A stretch of 64,000 nt of DNA from Mustelus asterias (lineage: Eukaryota), in NCBI RefSeq assembly GCF_964213995.1, contig NW_027590122.1:682001-746000 (forward strand). Reading direction: 5' to 3'. Below, piece by piece: positions 10,867-23,630 of the stretch. Both the position numbers and the translations under genes were made by a program. The notes beneath the pieces were generated by a model. That model ran no database searches. It was not told the DNA's origin and saw only the letters and a list, made by a program, of their open reading frames with translations. Within the stretch, counting starts at the first letter, position 1; each line of letters starts with the position of its first letter.

Positions 10867-11699
10867 AATAACCCATCAATAACCTCACTACACCAGCCGA
10901 GATCAGCTCTGACCGGGGGTTCTGTATGTTGTCTGTGAGTGTTAACCTGCAAATAAAAGCAGTGTAGAATATGAACCTGGATGAATGTATCTCAATTTCT
11001 ATGTGATGACCCAAGTGATTGGTAGGTAAGTTCAGAATACCTGGTTACTCAAATTCCTGAGCTGTCCACCCCACCGACTGAGATATGCAAAAATAATGTT
11101 CAGCAGGATGGGGAAAGCTCTGTGTTGTCAATGGTTGGTTCATTCCTTTTGAGGTTCACATTGATATGAAACGAGTTCTGTAGCAGGAAGACACAACTCC
11201 TCCACGCATCACAGACGGACTGCTGGGTCAGTGAACTTCTTTTCTCAAAATAGGTGGCAAAGCTGTTCCTCCAATTTGAGACTCTGTCTCTGCAGATGTA
11301 GCAACATCGGGAGAGACAGAATCTGTGATTGGAGGAGATAGTCTTCATTGTTTCTGTCTCTCCCATGTACAGGGTGATTTTTCTTCCAGTAGTTCCTCCC
11401 ATGACAGAATTTCCTCGGCCGTTTTGAGGGTGAATTCACCCTCCACAGCCATGTATTTTGAATCCTGGTTCTGAAATATTCTCACTCTGGGTTTAAGGCT
11501 TCCTGGCGTAATACACAGATTTAGATCTTGCCACCGAACACCAATTCATATCCTCATCTGAGTCCCAGATTTAAATGTGGTTGTCCAAACCAGAAACCAC
11601 ATATAATTTGACTCTTTTTAAACCTGATTCACCACACCCTGCCACACTAACTACAAGAGATTGTGTTTGGGACCAGTTGTTCCGTTAAAGTCTGTGTTA

Positions 11700-13340
11700 C
11701 ATAAGAACATAAGAAATAGGAGCAGGAGTAGGCCATCTAGCCCCTCGAGCCTGCCCCGCCATTCAATAAGATCATGGCTGATCTGACGTGGATCAGTACC
11801 ACTTACCCGCCTGATCCCCATAACCCTTAATTCCCTTACCGATCAGGAATCCATCCATCCGCGCTTTAAACATATTCAGCGAGGTAGCCTCCACCACCTC
11901 AGTGGGCAGAGAATTCCAGAGATTCACCACCCTCTGGGAGAAGAAGTTCCTCCTCAACTCTGTCTTAAACCGACCCCCCTTTATTTTGAGGCTGTGTCCT
12001 CTAGTTTTAACTTCCTTACTAAGTGGAAAGAATCTCTCCGCCTCCACCCTATCCAGCCCCCGCATTATCTTATAAGTCTCCATAAGATCCCCCCTCATCC
12101 TTCTAAACTCCAACGAGTACAAACCCAATCTCCTCAGCCTCTCCTCATAATCCAAATCCCTCATCTCCGGTATCAACCTGGTGAACCTTCTCTGCACTCC
12201 CTCCAATGCCAATATATCCTTCCTCATATAAGGGGACCAATACTGCACACAGTATTCCAGCTGCAGCCTCACCAATGCCCTGTACAGGTGCATCAAGACA
12301 TCCCTGCTTTTATATTCTATCCCCCTCGCGATATAGGCCAACATCCCATTTGCCTTCTTGATCACCTGTTGTACCTGCAGACTGGGCTTTTGCGTCTCAT
12401 GCACAAGGACCCCCAGGTCCCTTTGCACGGTAGCATGTTTTAATTTGTTTCCATTGAGATAGTAATCCCATTTGTTATTATTTCCTCCAAAGTGTATAAC
12501 CTCGCATTTATCAACGTTATACTCCATTTGCCATATCCTCGCCCACTCACTCAGCCTGTCCAAATCTCTCTGCAGATCTTCTCCGTCCTCCACACGATTC
12601 ACTTTTCCACTTATCTTTGTGTCGTCTGCAAACTTCGTTACCCTACACTCCGTCCCCTCCTCCAGATCATCTATATAAATGGTAAATAGTTGCGGCCCGA
12701 GTACCGATCCCTGCGGCACGCCACTAGTTACCTTCCTCCAACCGGAAAAACACCCATTTATCCGACTCTTTGCTTCCTGTCAGTTAGCCAGTCCCCAATC
12801 CACTTTAACACACTACCCCCAACTCCGTGTGCCCTAATCTTCTTCAGCAGCCTTTTATGGGGCACCTTATCAAACGCCTTTTGGAAATCCAAAAACACCG
12901 CATCTACCGGTTCTCCTCCATCAACCGCCCTAGTCACATCTTCATGAAAATCCAACATGTTCGTCAAGCACGACTTTCCCCTCATGAATCCATGCTGCGT
13001 CTGATTGATCGAACCATTTCTATCCAGATGCCCTGCTATCTCCTCTTTAATAATGGATTCCAGCATTTTCCCTACTACAGACGTTAAGCTGACCGGCCTA
13101 TAGTTACCCGCCTTTTGTCTCCTTCCTTTTTTAAACAGCGGCGTAACATTAGCCGTTTTCCAATCAACCGGCACTACCCCAGAATGCAACGAGTTTTGAT
13201 AAATAATCACTAACGCATCCACTATTACCTCTGACATTTCTTTCAATACCCTGGGATGCTGTCCACCTTCAGTCCCATTAGTCTACCCAGCACTGCCTCT
13301 CTGGTAACATTAATTGTATTAAGTATTTCTCCTGCTGCCA
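11700..13340 (-). mobile_element. CR1 LINE, 5'-truncated, relatively young (RT nearly intact, one frameshift)
   Basis: ORFs 12758-13246 and 11793-12719 with [35 protein letters not shown] and LEYCVQYWSP. Tail (ttcttatg)n. Confidence 0.95.
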
Positions 13341-13859
13341 ACCCTCTATCGTTGTTCTCAATGATGACAGTTTTAACCTCTCCATAACCTGTCCTAACCC
13401 TTCTGCCCTCCAGGGGGCTCTGTTTTTCTGATGGTGACATTCCCTGTTTACCCAGTCAGCCCTTGAATTGTTTGTGAATCCAGTCACATGTCGGTTAGAC
13501 TGGATCAGGGCGGCAGATTTCCTTCCTTAAAGGGATTAGAGAACCAGATGTGTTTTTACAACAATTAATTCATGCTCATCAATATTTTTATTGAAACGTG
13601 GTGGGATTCAAACCCAGGTCCCAAAATCATTCTAATAAAAACAGAAAATACTGGATAAACTCAGCAGGTCTGTTTTATTCAGAATTCCAGCATCTGCAGG
13701 ATTTTGCTTTCTCCCAAAATCATTACCCTGGATTATCCTCCAGCTCTAATTCCAGTTCCAGGATCCCACAACTCTCTGTATTTCCCAGGAGGGGGGTGGG
13801 GGAAAGAAAGTGTTTTTCTCATAAATGTTGGCCAGAGGAGGGAGTTTGTGTGTGTGTGT

Positions 13860-14527
13860 GAAGTTTGAGACTGTGTGTGAAGTTTGAGTCTGTGTGTGAA
13901 GCTTGAGTCTGTGTGTGAAGTTTGAGTCTGTGGTGAAGTTTGAGTCTGTGTGTGAAGTTTGAGTCTGTGGTGAAGTTTGAGTCTGTGTGTGAAGTTGGAG
14001 TCTGTGTGTGAAGTTTGAGTCTGTGGTGAAGTTTGAGTCTGTGGTGAAGTTTGAGTCTGTGTGTGAAGTTTGAGTCTGTGATGAAGTTTGAGTCTGTGGT
14101 GAAGTTTGAGTCTGTGTGTGAAGTTTGAGTCTGTGGTGAAGTTTGAGTCTGTGTGTGAAGTTTGAGTCTGTGGTGAAGTTTGAGTCTGTGTGTGAAGTTT
14201 GAGTCTGTGTGTGAAGTTTGAGTCTGTGGTGAAGTTTGAGTCTGTGGTGAAGTTTGAGTCTGTGTGTGAAGTTTGAGTCTGTGGTGAAGTTTGAGTCTGT
14301 GTGTGAAGTTTGAGTCTGTGGTGAAGTTTGAGTCTGTGTGTGAAGTTTGAGTCTGTGTGAAGTTTGAGTCTGTGTGTGAAGTTTGAGTCTGTGGTGAAGT
14401 TTGAGTCTGTGGTGAAGTTTGAGTCTGTGGTGAAGTTTGAGTCTGTGTGTGAAGTTTGAGTCTGTGGTGAAGTTTGAGTCTGTGTGTAAAGTTTCAGTCT
14501 GTGGTGAAGTTGGAGTCTGTGGTGAAG
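13860..14527 (+). repeat. Minisatellite, ~36 units of two variants: GAAGTTTGAGTCTGTGTGT (19 bp) and GAAGTTTGAGTCTGTGGT (18 bp)
   Basis: Directly visible, near-perfect tandem array with interspersed variants. Confidence 0.95.
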
Positions 14528-14559
14528 CTACAAACAGAAGCTGTTCTGTTTCAAATCAA

Positions 14560-15005
14560 ACTGCGGGACTTGGAGGAAAATATTGGAATCTATCATTCAG
14601 GAAGTGGTAACAATACAATTAGAAAATTAGAACATGATTGGACAAAGTCAACATTGGTTTATGAAAGAATTTGACCAATCCAGTAGAATTTGTTGAGGAT
14701 GTCACTAACAGGTTAGATAAAGGGGAACCAGAGAATATTGCATTGATTGAATTTCTAAATGCCATTTGATAAGGTGCCATACACAAGTTGTTGCACAGGA
14801 TAAGGGCTCAGGTCATTGGGGGTGAAATATTAGCATTGGTAAAGGAGTTGTTAAAGGACAAAGAGAAGGGATTGATGTGTCATTTTCAGGTTGGCAGCTT
14901 CTTATTATGGGGACAGCACAAGAGGCAGGACAGGAGTTTATTAACAATCCATATTCATGACTTATTTCAAGAGACCAAGTCCAATGTGTTGAAGTTTCCC
15001 GATGG
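14560..15005 (+). mobile_element. Degenerate CR1 RT fragment
   Basis: Remnants of QHWF, DKGEP, FDKVPY..LLHRIRA and KFPD. Confidence 0.65.
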
Positions 15006-15385
15006 GAGACTGTCTCAGGGCAAACAACATCAAGGTGGTCAATACAAATGACACACGGACCCCGTAAAATATATCCTCACAAACCTCTCCACTGCGGACC
15101 ATCTCCCTGGGGAAAACATTGTGGTGACCGGCACATGTGGAGGCAGAACTGAAATTTGGTTCAGTTTCAAAGACCATCATCACCAAACTCTCAACATCCG
15201 AGGTATCGAGAGGAAGATCAGAAGTGGAGCGGTGGCAGAGCAAGACCAGAGGTGGAGCGGAGCTGCAGAGCTCCCCCCATCCCCCTTGAGCATTAACAAC
15301 AACATCATGAACTGCCAGTTCTGTGGATGTCCATGTCGATCCCACATCGGACTCTCCCGTCAGGACATGATCCACAGAAAACAAC
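15005..15385 (+). mobile_element. RTE-clade LINE C-terminal fragment
   Basis: NCQFCGCPCRSHIGLS resembles the RTE C-terminal C..C.R.C.S.IGL.SH motif. Confidence 0.55.
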
Positions 15386-15847
15386 ATTCTCCCTGTTCTC
15401 TGGATGGGGTAACTATACTCTGTATTATTGCAGTGCTATTAATACAGTCAGTAAAATACAATCTTTTGTTGGGAGTTTGATTAGCTGGTGTCTGAAACCA
15501 CAAAATTCAATATTTAGAGTCAACAAGATGAACAAGGAAACACATCAGGGCCCAAACTCCAGCTGGATATTCACAGGAGAAAGTTTTATCTCACTCATCG
15601 AGTGGACAGAACAGAGAAAGATCCCAACTGTAAGAAACCCTCCAATCATTTATGAATATCTTTCAAATGCTGACAGGTTGCAACTCCCAGTTTCCATTAT
15701 ACTGAATCAATGGAAGGTGAGAGAGCGGTTATCCTGGAACTAATAAAAACACTAGCTAGATCACAGCTAGAGTACTCAGCACCATTCTAGTTAGGGGGTG
15801 GTTAGCCAGAGAGTGTGGCTCAGAAGGTCCTAGTTCCTTAACAGAGA

Positions 15848-16185
15848 TGGCGGCACGGTAGCACAGTGATTAGCACTGCTGCTTCACAGCTCCAGGGACC
15901 TGGGTTCGATTCCCGGCTTGGGTCACTGTCTGTGTGGAGTTTGCAATTCTCCTCATGTCTGCCTGGGTTTCCTTTGGGTGCTCTGGTTTCCTCCCACAGT
16001 CCAAAGATGTGCGGGTTAGGTTGATTGGCCATGCTAAAAATTGCCCTTAGTGTCCTGAGATGTGCAGATTAGTGGGTAAATATGTAGGGATATGGGGGTA
16101 GGGCCTGGGTGGGATTGTGGTCGGTGCAGACTCGATGGGCCAAATGGCCTCTTTCTGTACTGTAGGGTTCCTATGATTTCTATGA
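15848..16185 (+). mobile_element. HE1-like SINE, full length
   Basis: A box GGCACGGTAGCACAGTGATTAG, B box GGTTCGATTCCC, and a CR1-derived 3' tail ctatgatttctatga. Confidence 0.92.
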
Positions 16186-16189
16186 ACTA

Positions 16190-16470
16190 AGGGGCAGAGA
16201 GGTAAAGCAATTGGCAGAAGGATTAGAGAAGTGTGGAGATGTTTTCACCCAGAGGGTGGTGGGGAATCAAACTGACTCTCTGAAAGGGTGGTGGAGACAG
16301 AAATGTTCACATGCAAGAGGTATTCAGGTATGGACTTGACATGCTGTGTCCTATAGGGCCATCAACCTATACCTGGAAAGTGGGACGAAACTGGATAGCT
16401 CATTTTCACCTGGTACGGGCATGATGGGCTGAATGGCATCCTGTGCAGTAAATTTCTCAGATTCTGTGAT
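16190..16470 (+). mobile_element. Degenerate CR1 3' fragment
   Basis: ttcacccagagggtggtg...gggctgaatggc remnants. Confidence 0.65.
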
Positions 16471-16667
16471 GACAAGTGATCCTCATGATTTTATCCAAGC
16501 CAGGTCTCAGCCCAGTCATTTACTCCAAGTATTGATGTGATGGTTCAGTCACATTGTGCAAACGAGCTGCTGTGATACAATAATAACTTGGGGATTTTCA
16601 CAGTAACTTCACTGCACTATTAATGTTGGCCTACTTGTGACCAATAAGCTCTAACTTAACTTGTCTT

Positions 16668-16945
16668 TATAGGAACAGAAGTTGGTAAATTTCAGCCCTT
16701 AGAGCCTGCTCCGCGATTCAATCAGATCATGGCTGATCTCTCCCTGGTCTCAAATCGACCTCCCCACTTGTTCCCCATATCTCCCATCCCTTTTTGTGTC
16801 AGAAATATATCTATCTCCTCCTTGAAACCATTCAACGATTCAGACTCCACCACGCTGTGGGGCAGCGAGTTCCACAAATTTACCACTCTTGGAAAACTTC
16901 CCCCTTATATCTCTTAAACTTTCCCCCTCTCACTTTCAACTGTGG
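16668..16945 (-). mobile_element. CR1 3' fragment
   Basis: Homologous to 11700-11990 (gatcatggctgatct...gagttccacaaatttaccactct). Confidence 0.75.
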
Positions 16946-17456
16946 ATCTTTCAGAGTGTGAGGTGAATGATAATCAGTACACGACAGACACACGTCACGG
17001 TCAGCATCTCAAAGGGACTGCAGAGTATTTCAAACTGTGTAGTCATGCTGTAGTTCGTGACCTTGATTTGCAGAGATAGAATTCGGACTGGATATTTTGG
17101 AATGTTGGAGAGACATTGATCTAACAATAGAATCGTGAAATAACAGCTCATGAGGAGACACATCATTGTCTGTGCTAGCTTATTTTCAAACAGTTATACA
17201 ATTAGTCCTAATATCATTCCCTTTCATAAAAACATGCATTATTTCTCCTTTCAAACGATTGTTCAATTCTCTTTATGAAAAATCTGAGTTAACAAAAAAC
17301 AACATCGGAAGAGTTGCAGAAGCCTCTGCAGTATTCATGGACATTTTTAAAATTAACAAAGTTTCCTTGAATCAATAGAGTCAGGTGGGAATTCTCATAC
17401 AGTTTTGGAAATAAAACTATTTGCAGTTATGCAGTTGATTTCGTACCTTTTCAAGG

Positions 17457-17765
17457 ATCATAGAATTCTACAGTGCAGAAGAAGGCCATTCAGCCCATCG
17501 AGTCTGGACCAACCACAATCCCACCCACGCCCTATCTCCATAACCCCATGCATTAACCCTAGCTAGTCCCCCTGACAATTTTTAGCATGGCCAATCCACT
17601 TAACCCACATATCTTTGGAGTGTGGGAGGAAACCAGAGCACCCGGAGGAAACCCACGCCGACATGAGAAGAATGTGCAAACTCCACACAGACAGTGACCC
17701 AAGCTGGGAATAGAACCCAGGTCCCAGGCGCTGTGAGACAGCAGTGCTAACCACTGTGCTGCCCC
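17457..17765 (-). mobile_element. HE1-like SINE
   Basis: Reverse complement of the 15848 family. Confidence 0.88.
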
Positions 17766-18279
17766 TCAATGTTGGTCTTGGAAATAGGGCAGTGCTGACC
17801 CAGTCAGTTCTGGAATGTAAGTGGTCAGTTATCCTATTTACAGTAGCACAGCCACCCAGAAAGAGACCATTCAGATATGTTATGTGTGTAAATGGATTTA
17901 TTCAGTTTCCCATCTGTTAACATATTTAAAAGTTCAAAGGATTTGATCAAACATGAGTCCATTCTTATTGTCAAGTCCGTGTGTGTGTGGAGAAGGGGTG
18001 GATGGTAAATCAATCAGTTCGTTACACCAGCTGACACTCCAAGGAGTTCATCTTCAGGTGTAGACGTTTATTCCGCTATTAATTAAACTCAGGACAGAGC
18101 TGTGGTGCCTGTTGACATTAGCTGCTGTATTAGTTATTTTCATTTTATACCTTGGTGCTTTGGCTTCAGTTGTAATTGAATCACAAAACATATTTTTTTT
18201 TAATGCAAGAACATACTTCAATGGTGGCTATCTTACCCAGCATTCACAGTGAATCAGAATATGATCTATCCTTACAGCA

Positions 18280-18610
18280 AACCTTGCGCATGCGTACTGT
18301 AGATCCAAAGTGCATGCGCAGTGGATGTTGCTGCCGCAGTAGCCGCAAGGTGGTTATATCGGCTCCGGGTTTCCAGGGAAACGACTTATTCTGGAGGGTA
18401 ATGGAGGTGACGGGGTGGATGGGGAGGCTTCATAAGCATCCAGTGGAGACAGGAGAACCCGAATAATAACTGCTCGGTGCCGCGTTCCTACCATTCGGGG
18501 CCGCGACCGCAGATGCCTGAGTTGGAGGCCCCGAGTTGACGGAGACCATCTTTCTCGGGGCGATGGGCAATAGTGCGCATGCGCGCTGCTCCCTGTCAGC
18601 AGGAGGAGAG
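18280..18610 (+). promoter_or_regulatory. CpG-island promoter, probably of ZNF gene 3
   Basis: NRF1-type motifs TGCGCATGCGTA (18286), GCATGCGCA (18312) and TGCGCATGCGCG (18574). Followed by two copies of the ZNF intronic acceptor motif ending ttttacag (18669, 18771). Confidence 0.65.
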
Positions 18611-18999
18611 AATGTTGTGAATTTCTCTCTTGGACTGACAGGGATGGACTTTGGAAACTCCTTTTACAGGGAGTTAGAAGGGGAGGATTTACACACAGAA
18701 AACTCAAACCAAGAGAAATGTTTCTCGCTTATTGTCTATTCTTGACTGACAGTGATGATCTTTTTTTTACAGGAAATTTGATGTCAAAATTTAAAGGGAA
18801 ACTCAAACCAGACATCAGATCAAAACCTGCCAGAGTCACTCCATTCATCAGAACCTGATTGTAAGTGTGTCTGTAGAAAAAGATTCAAACATCTGTGTGA
18901 CTGGAAATAGGGAACAATAATGTCATGGAAGGATTTGCAAAAAAAGATGCAATGTTTTAAATTGAGTTGTTTAACTGGGAGCCTGTGTGGGTCAGTGTT

Positions 19000-19240
19000 T
19001 TAAAGTTTATTTATTAGTGTCACAAGTAGGCTTAGCCGACATTAACACTGCAAGTTGCTGTAACATTCCCCTAGTTGTCACACTCCGGCACTTGTTCGGG
19101 TCAATGCACCTAACCAGCAAGCCTTTCTGACTGTGGGAGGAAACCCATGCAGACATGGGGAGAACGTGCAGACTCCACATACACAGTCACCCAAGCCATG
19201 AATTGAACCCACTGTGAGGCAGCAGTGCTAACCACTGCAG
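19000..19240 (-). mobile_element. HE1-related SINE
   Basis: gaggcagcagtgctaaccactg and ggaaacccatgcagac motifs; tail tttatttattagtgtcac. Confidence 0.8.
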
Positions 19241-19724
19241 GCCATGGTGAGGACATGGTGATGGGTGAGTGTGTGGGACTTGATGCAGAGGACAGGGGTT
19301 TATACACACCAAAGTTTTTCATGGGTTAAATGAGGGACACTGACAGTCAAGTCTAAAGAAAATAAAGGAATGAATGAAAGTTCTAGAAACCTCAGCTGAG
19401 ACAGGGATTTAGCGAAACTCAAGTTGGTAATGAATTGGTGAGGCTGTCCGGTCAAGTCAGGAGGGAATGCATGAAATTTTCAGAAACAATACTAAGACAG
19501 GGCCAGGGTGAGCCATGTTAGGGGGATATGTTATATACAGGAGGGGCAGAAGGTAATTTATTCCACATTGATTTCTCATCTCACATCTGTCTGTGACCAG
19601 AAAGATGTTTTTGATTTGATTCGTCCTTTATAAGCAGTGGCATACTACCCAATACTTCAAGGCTTACTCCTGCTCGTAATTCATATATCCGTATATATGT
19701 TCAATAATGTCCTTCAGGGAAGGA

Positions 19725-19860
19725 AATGGGTACGATGGCTATAGAGGGATATGGGCCAAATGCGGGCAATTGGGACTAGCTTAGGGGTTTAAAAAAAGGG
19801 GTGGCATGGACAAGTTGGGCCGAAGGGCCTGTTTCCATGCTGTAAACCTCTATGACTCTA
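19725..19860 (+). mobile_element. CR1 3' UTR fragment
   Basis: Near-copy of 1990-2110. Confidence 0.85.
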
Positions 19861-19949
19861 AGTGAGAATTAACTTTAGTTTACTCACAGACACTCCAAAT
19901 GTGGTAACTCAATGTTGCACCATTTGATTTGATTTATTATTGTCTCACA

Positions 19950-20233
19950 AAGTTTATTAGTCACAAGTAGGCTTACATTCAGACTGCGATGAAGGTACTG
20001 TGAAAATCCCCTCATCGCCACACTCTGGCACCTGTTCAGAGGGAGAATTTTAGCATGGCCAATTAACCTCACTTGCACATCTTTGGAGTGTGGGAGGAAA
20101 CCGGAGCATCCGCAAGAAACCCACGCAGACACAGGGAGAACATGCAAACTCCACACAGACAGTGAACCAAGCCGGGAATCGAATCTGGTCCCCAGTGCTG
20201 TGAGGCAGCAGTGCTAACCACTGCGCTACCATG
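19950..20233 (-). mobile_element. HE1-related SINE inserted into the 3' tail of a Rex1/Babar LINE
   Basis: SINE head and body lie between the LINE tail (atttgatttgatttattattgtc, 19922-19945) and the LINE 3' UTR (20235 onward). Confidence 0.8.
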
Positions 20234-20234
20234 C

Positions 20235-21475
20235 ATTAGTATGAAGTGAAAAGTATTGTTTCTTGCATACCATAGATAGAGGGAGAAAGGAGAGAGTGCA
20301 GAATGTTGTGTTACAGTCAGAGCTCGGGTGTAGAGAAAGATAAACTTAATGAAAGGAGGTCCATTCAAAAGTTTGATGGCAGCAGGGAAGAAGCTGTTCT
20401 TGAGTCGAATGGTATGGGACCTCAGACTTTTGTATCTTTTTCCCGACGGAAGAAGTTGGAAGAGAGAATGTCTGGGGTGTGTGGGTTCATTGATTATACT
20501 GGCTGCTTTTCCGAGGTCGCGGTAAGTGTAGACAGAGTCAATGGTTGGGAGGCTGGTTTGCGTGATGGACTAGGCTTCGGTCATGACCCATTGTAGTTTC
20601 TTGCGTTCTTGGATAGAGCAGGAGCCACGCCAAGCTGTGATACAACCAGAAAGAATGCTTTCTATGGTGTATCTATAAAAGTTGGTGAAAATTGTAACGG
20701 ACATGCCAAATTTCCTTAGCCTCCTGAGAAAATAGAGGTGTTGGTGGGCTTTCTTAATTGTAGCATTGGCATGGAGGGACCAGGACAGGTTGTTGGTATC
20801 TGGTCACTTAGAAACTCAGCTCTCGACCATTTCCACTTCATCCCTGTTGATGTAGACAGGGGCATGTCCCCCACTACACTTCCTGAAGTCGATGACAATC
20901 TCCTTCATTTTGTTGACATTGAGGGAGAGATTATTGTCACCAGTTCACCGGATTCTCTGTCTCATTCCTGTTCTCTGTCTCATCATTGTTTGAGAAATGA
21001 CCCACTGCGCTGTTGTCATCAGCAATCATGAAAATCAAGTTGGGGGGGAATTTGGCCACACAGTCATAGGTGTATAAGGAGTATAGTAACGGGCTGAGGA
21101 CACAGCCTTGTGGGGTACCGGTGTTGAGGATGATCGTGGGAGAGGTGTTGTTGCCTATTCTTACTGATTGCAGTCTGTGTGTTCGGAAGTCTTGGATCCA
21201 GTCGTAGAGAGAGGAGCTAAGCCCCAGGCCACGGAATTTGGAGATGTGTTTCGTAGGAATAATGGTGTTGAAGGCTGAGCTGTAGTCAATAAATAGGAGT
21301 CTGAAATAGGTGCTTTGTTATCCAGGTGGTTCCAGTTGAGTGCAGGGCCAGGGAGATGGTGTCTGCTATGGACCTGTTGCGGCGGTTGTGAACTGTAGTG
21401 GATCCAGGCAGTCTGGGAGGCCGGACTGATTTGTGCCATGACTAACCTTTCAAAGCACTTCATAATGATGGATGC
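20235..21475 (-). mobile_element. Rex1/Babar-type LINE, RT region and 3' end, decayed
   Basis: [29 protein letters not shown] and KAHQHLYFLRRL motifs on the minus strand. (CAAAT)n tail. Confidence 0.8.
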
Positions 21476-21975
21476 ATTAATACATAGAAGATGGACAGAG
21501 AAAGGAAAGATTTACAGTGCAGAGATGGTGGAGGTTGAGGGTTTGGGAGTTTCTGTCTGGTTGTAGATGTATCCTTTCCTTCACCTCTTCTCCTCCCACA
21601 TCTCTTAATCCCGCCCATCCGCTGCCTCTTCACCTTGAAGCTCTGGTCTTGTATAGGTTCAGACTGGCTCAAAGGTTCCCTTCCCTGAAGGACATTAGTG
21701 AACCAGTTGGGTTTTTGTGACAATCCATCAGTTTTCTTGGTCACTTTTTCCCAGTGCCGGCCCCACAGATTACCAGATTCATTCAGCTCAATTTCACAAC
21801 CTGGCTTTGTGTTTTTGTGGGTTCTCTCTCACTCTCTTTTTTTTCTTTTTTAAATCAATTTCACAGCATATTCAAAGGTGAGGATTTGCAGTCAGAAAAC
21901 TGAAACCAAACATCACATCAGGATCAGACAGAGTCGCCCAATTTATCGTAATATGCGTATCATTGGATTTTGAAC

Positions 21976-22743
21976 ATGGAAGGAAAAAGCACCGCTCACA
22001 GTGGGGAGAAACTGTACACGTGTTCCGTGTGTGGACGAGGATTCAGCCGTTTATCTGGCCTGTCAAAACATAAATGCAGTCACGGTGGGGAGAAATTGTG
22101 GAAATGTGAGTGTTGTGGCAAGGGATTCAGTTCCCCATCGGAGCTGGAAATTCATCGACGGAGTCACACTGGGGAGAGACCGTTCACCTGCTCCGAGTGT
22201 GGGAAAGGATTCACTCAGTTGTCCCACCTGATGAGACACCAGCGAGTTCACACTGGGGAGAGACCTTTCACCTGCTCCGAGTGCAAAATGGGATTCACTC
22301 AGTCAACCCACCTGGTGACACACCAGCGAGTTCACACTGGGGAGAGACCATTCACCTGCTCCGAGTGAGGGAAGAAATTCAGCTGGTCGTTTCACCTTCT
22401 GATTCACCAGCGAATTCACTCTGGAGAGAGACCATTCACCTGCTCTGAGTGTGAGAAGGCTTTCATTACATCAACAGAACTGTTGACACACCAGCGGATT
22501 CACACTGAGGATAACCCGTTCACCTGCTCCAAATGTGGGAAGGAATTCGCTAACTCTTCTAACCTGATCTGCCATCAACGGATTCACACTGACGAGAGAC
22601 CTTTTAAATGCCCAGACTGTGGAAAGTGCTTTAAAAGTTTTGGGAACTTGATGACCCATCAACGGGTTCACACTCGAGTCCGTTCAGATGCTTTCACTGT
22701 GGGACTGAGTTCAGACAATATCCAGTGCAGATTTAGATATTAG
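21976..22743 (+). pseudogene. C2H2 zinc-finger gene 3: 8 fingers with an in-frame TGA in finger 5 (pseudogene or truncated 4-finger protein)
   Basis: ATG at 21976. TGA at 22366-22368 replaces the second Cys. The same frame continues to TAG at 22743. Acceptor tttcacag at 21866. AATAAA near 22758. Confidence 0.8.
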
Positions 22744-23429
22744 TATTCTGGGTTAAAAATAAAATAAAAAATCAACTTTGCTTTAATTTTTGAATGACTG
22801 CATCTTCATTTGGGAGGCTGGGATTATCCCCGTTTCGAGGGAACTAAGGAATAGACCATAAGCCGTAGGAGCAGCATTCGGCCATTCAGCCTTCATTATA
22901 ACAATGATCTCATTGTGATTTCTGCTGGTTGGGAAAAGTGCGATATTAATGCCAGTCTGTCTTTCTTTAATTATCTTCAATCCCAGTCTCGATCTATTTC
23001 CCTCTTTTGGTCTTGGTTCTATTTGCTCACTGTCTTTGTGCAACTAAATTTCACTGGATTGATTCCTGAGATGAGGCGGTTGTCCTTGGAGGGCATTCAG
23101 TGGGATGAGTCTGTCCTCTCTGAAATTCAGAATCATGAGAAGTGATATAATTGAAAAGGGAGGGAAAAGGAAGGATCAGGAAAACAGCAAACACTTGATG
23201 TTGTTCCAGGAAAAGTGGGGTCTGGTGGTGTGGATGTCAGGTTTTACACAGCACATGGTCAGCCTGTGGATTCACCCAGGATGAAGAATCTCTGAATGAT
23301 TCTATTCAAATCACCCGGAGAGGAACCTTTGAGACAAACCACCTAAGAAGCAGCAGCACATAAAGATATCCAAACACAGAGATCCAAACACACTCTCTCT
23401 CTCCGTCACTTACACAGACATGGGCAAAC

Positions 23430-23630
23430 ATAGAGACACACCCACACCCAGACAGACATCTTCATTCATAGACACACACCCACACCCAGACAGACATCTT
23501 CATTCATAGACACACACCCACACCCAGACAGACATCTTCATTCATAGACACACACCCACACCCAGACAGACATCTTCATTCATAGACACACACCCACACC
23601 CAGACAGACATTTTCATTCATAGACACACA
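23430..23630 (+). repeat. ~5 x 38-bp tandem repeat (catcttcattcatagacacacacccacacccagacaga)
   Basis: Units start at 23457, 23495, 23533, 23571 and 23609. Confidence 0.92.

Noticed and set aside
13860-14527. CRISPR-like array
   Set aside because: Units are head-to-tail with no unique spacers, the context is eukaryotic, and there are no cas genes. It is a minisatellite.
15848-15925. tRNA gene
   Set aside because: The A/B boxes are the head of a multi-copy SINE continuous with a LINE-derived tail.
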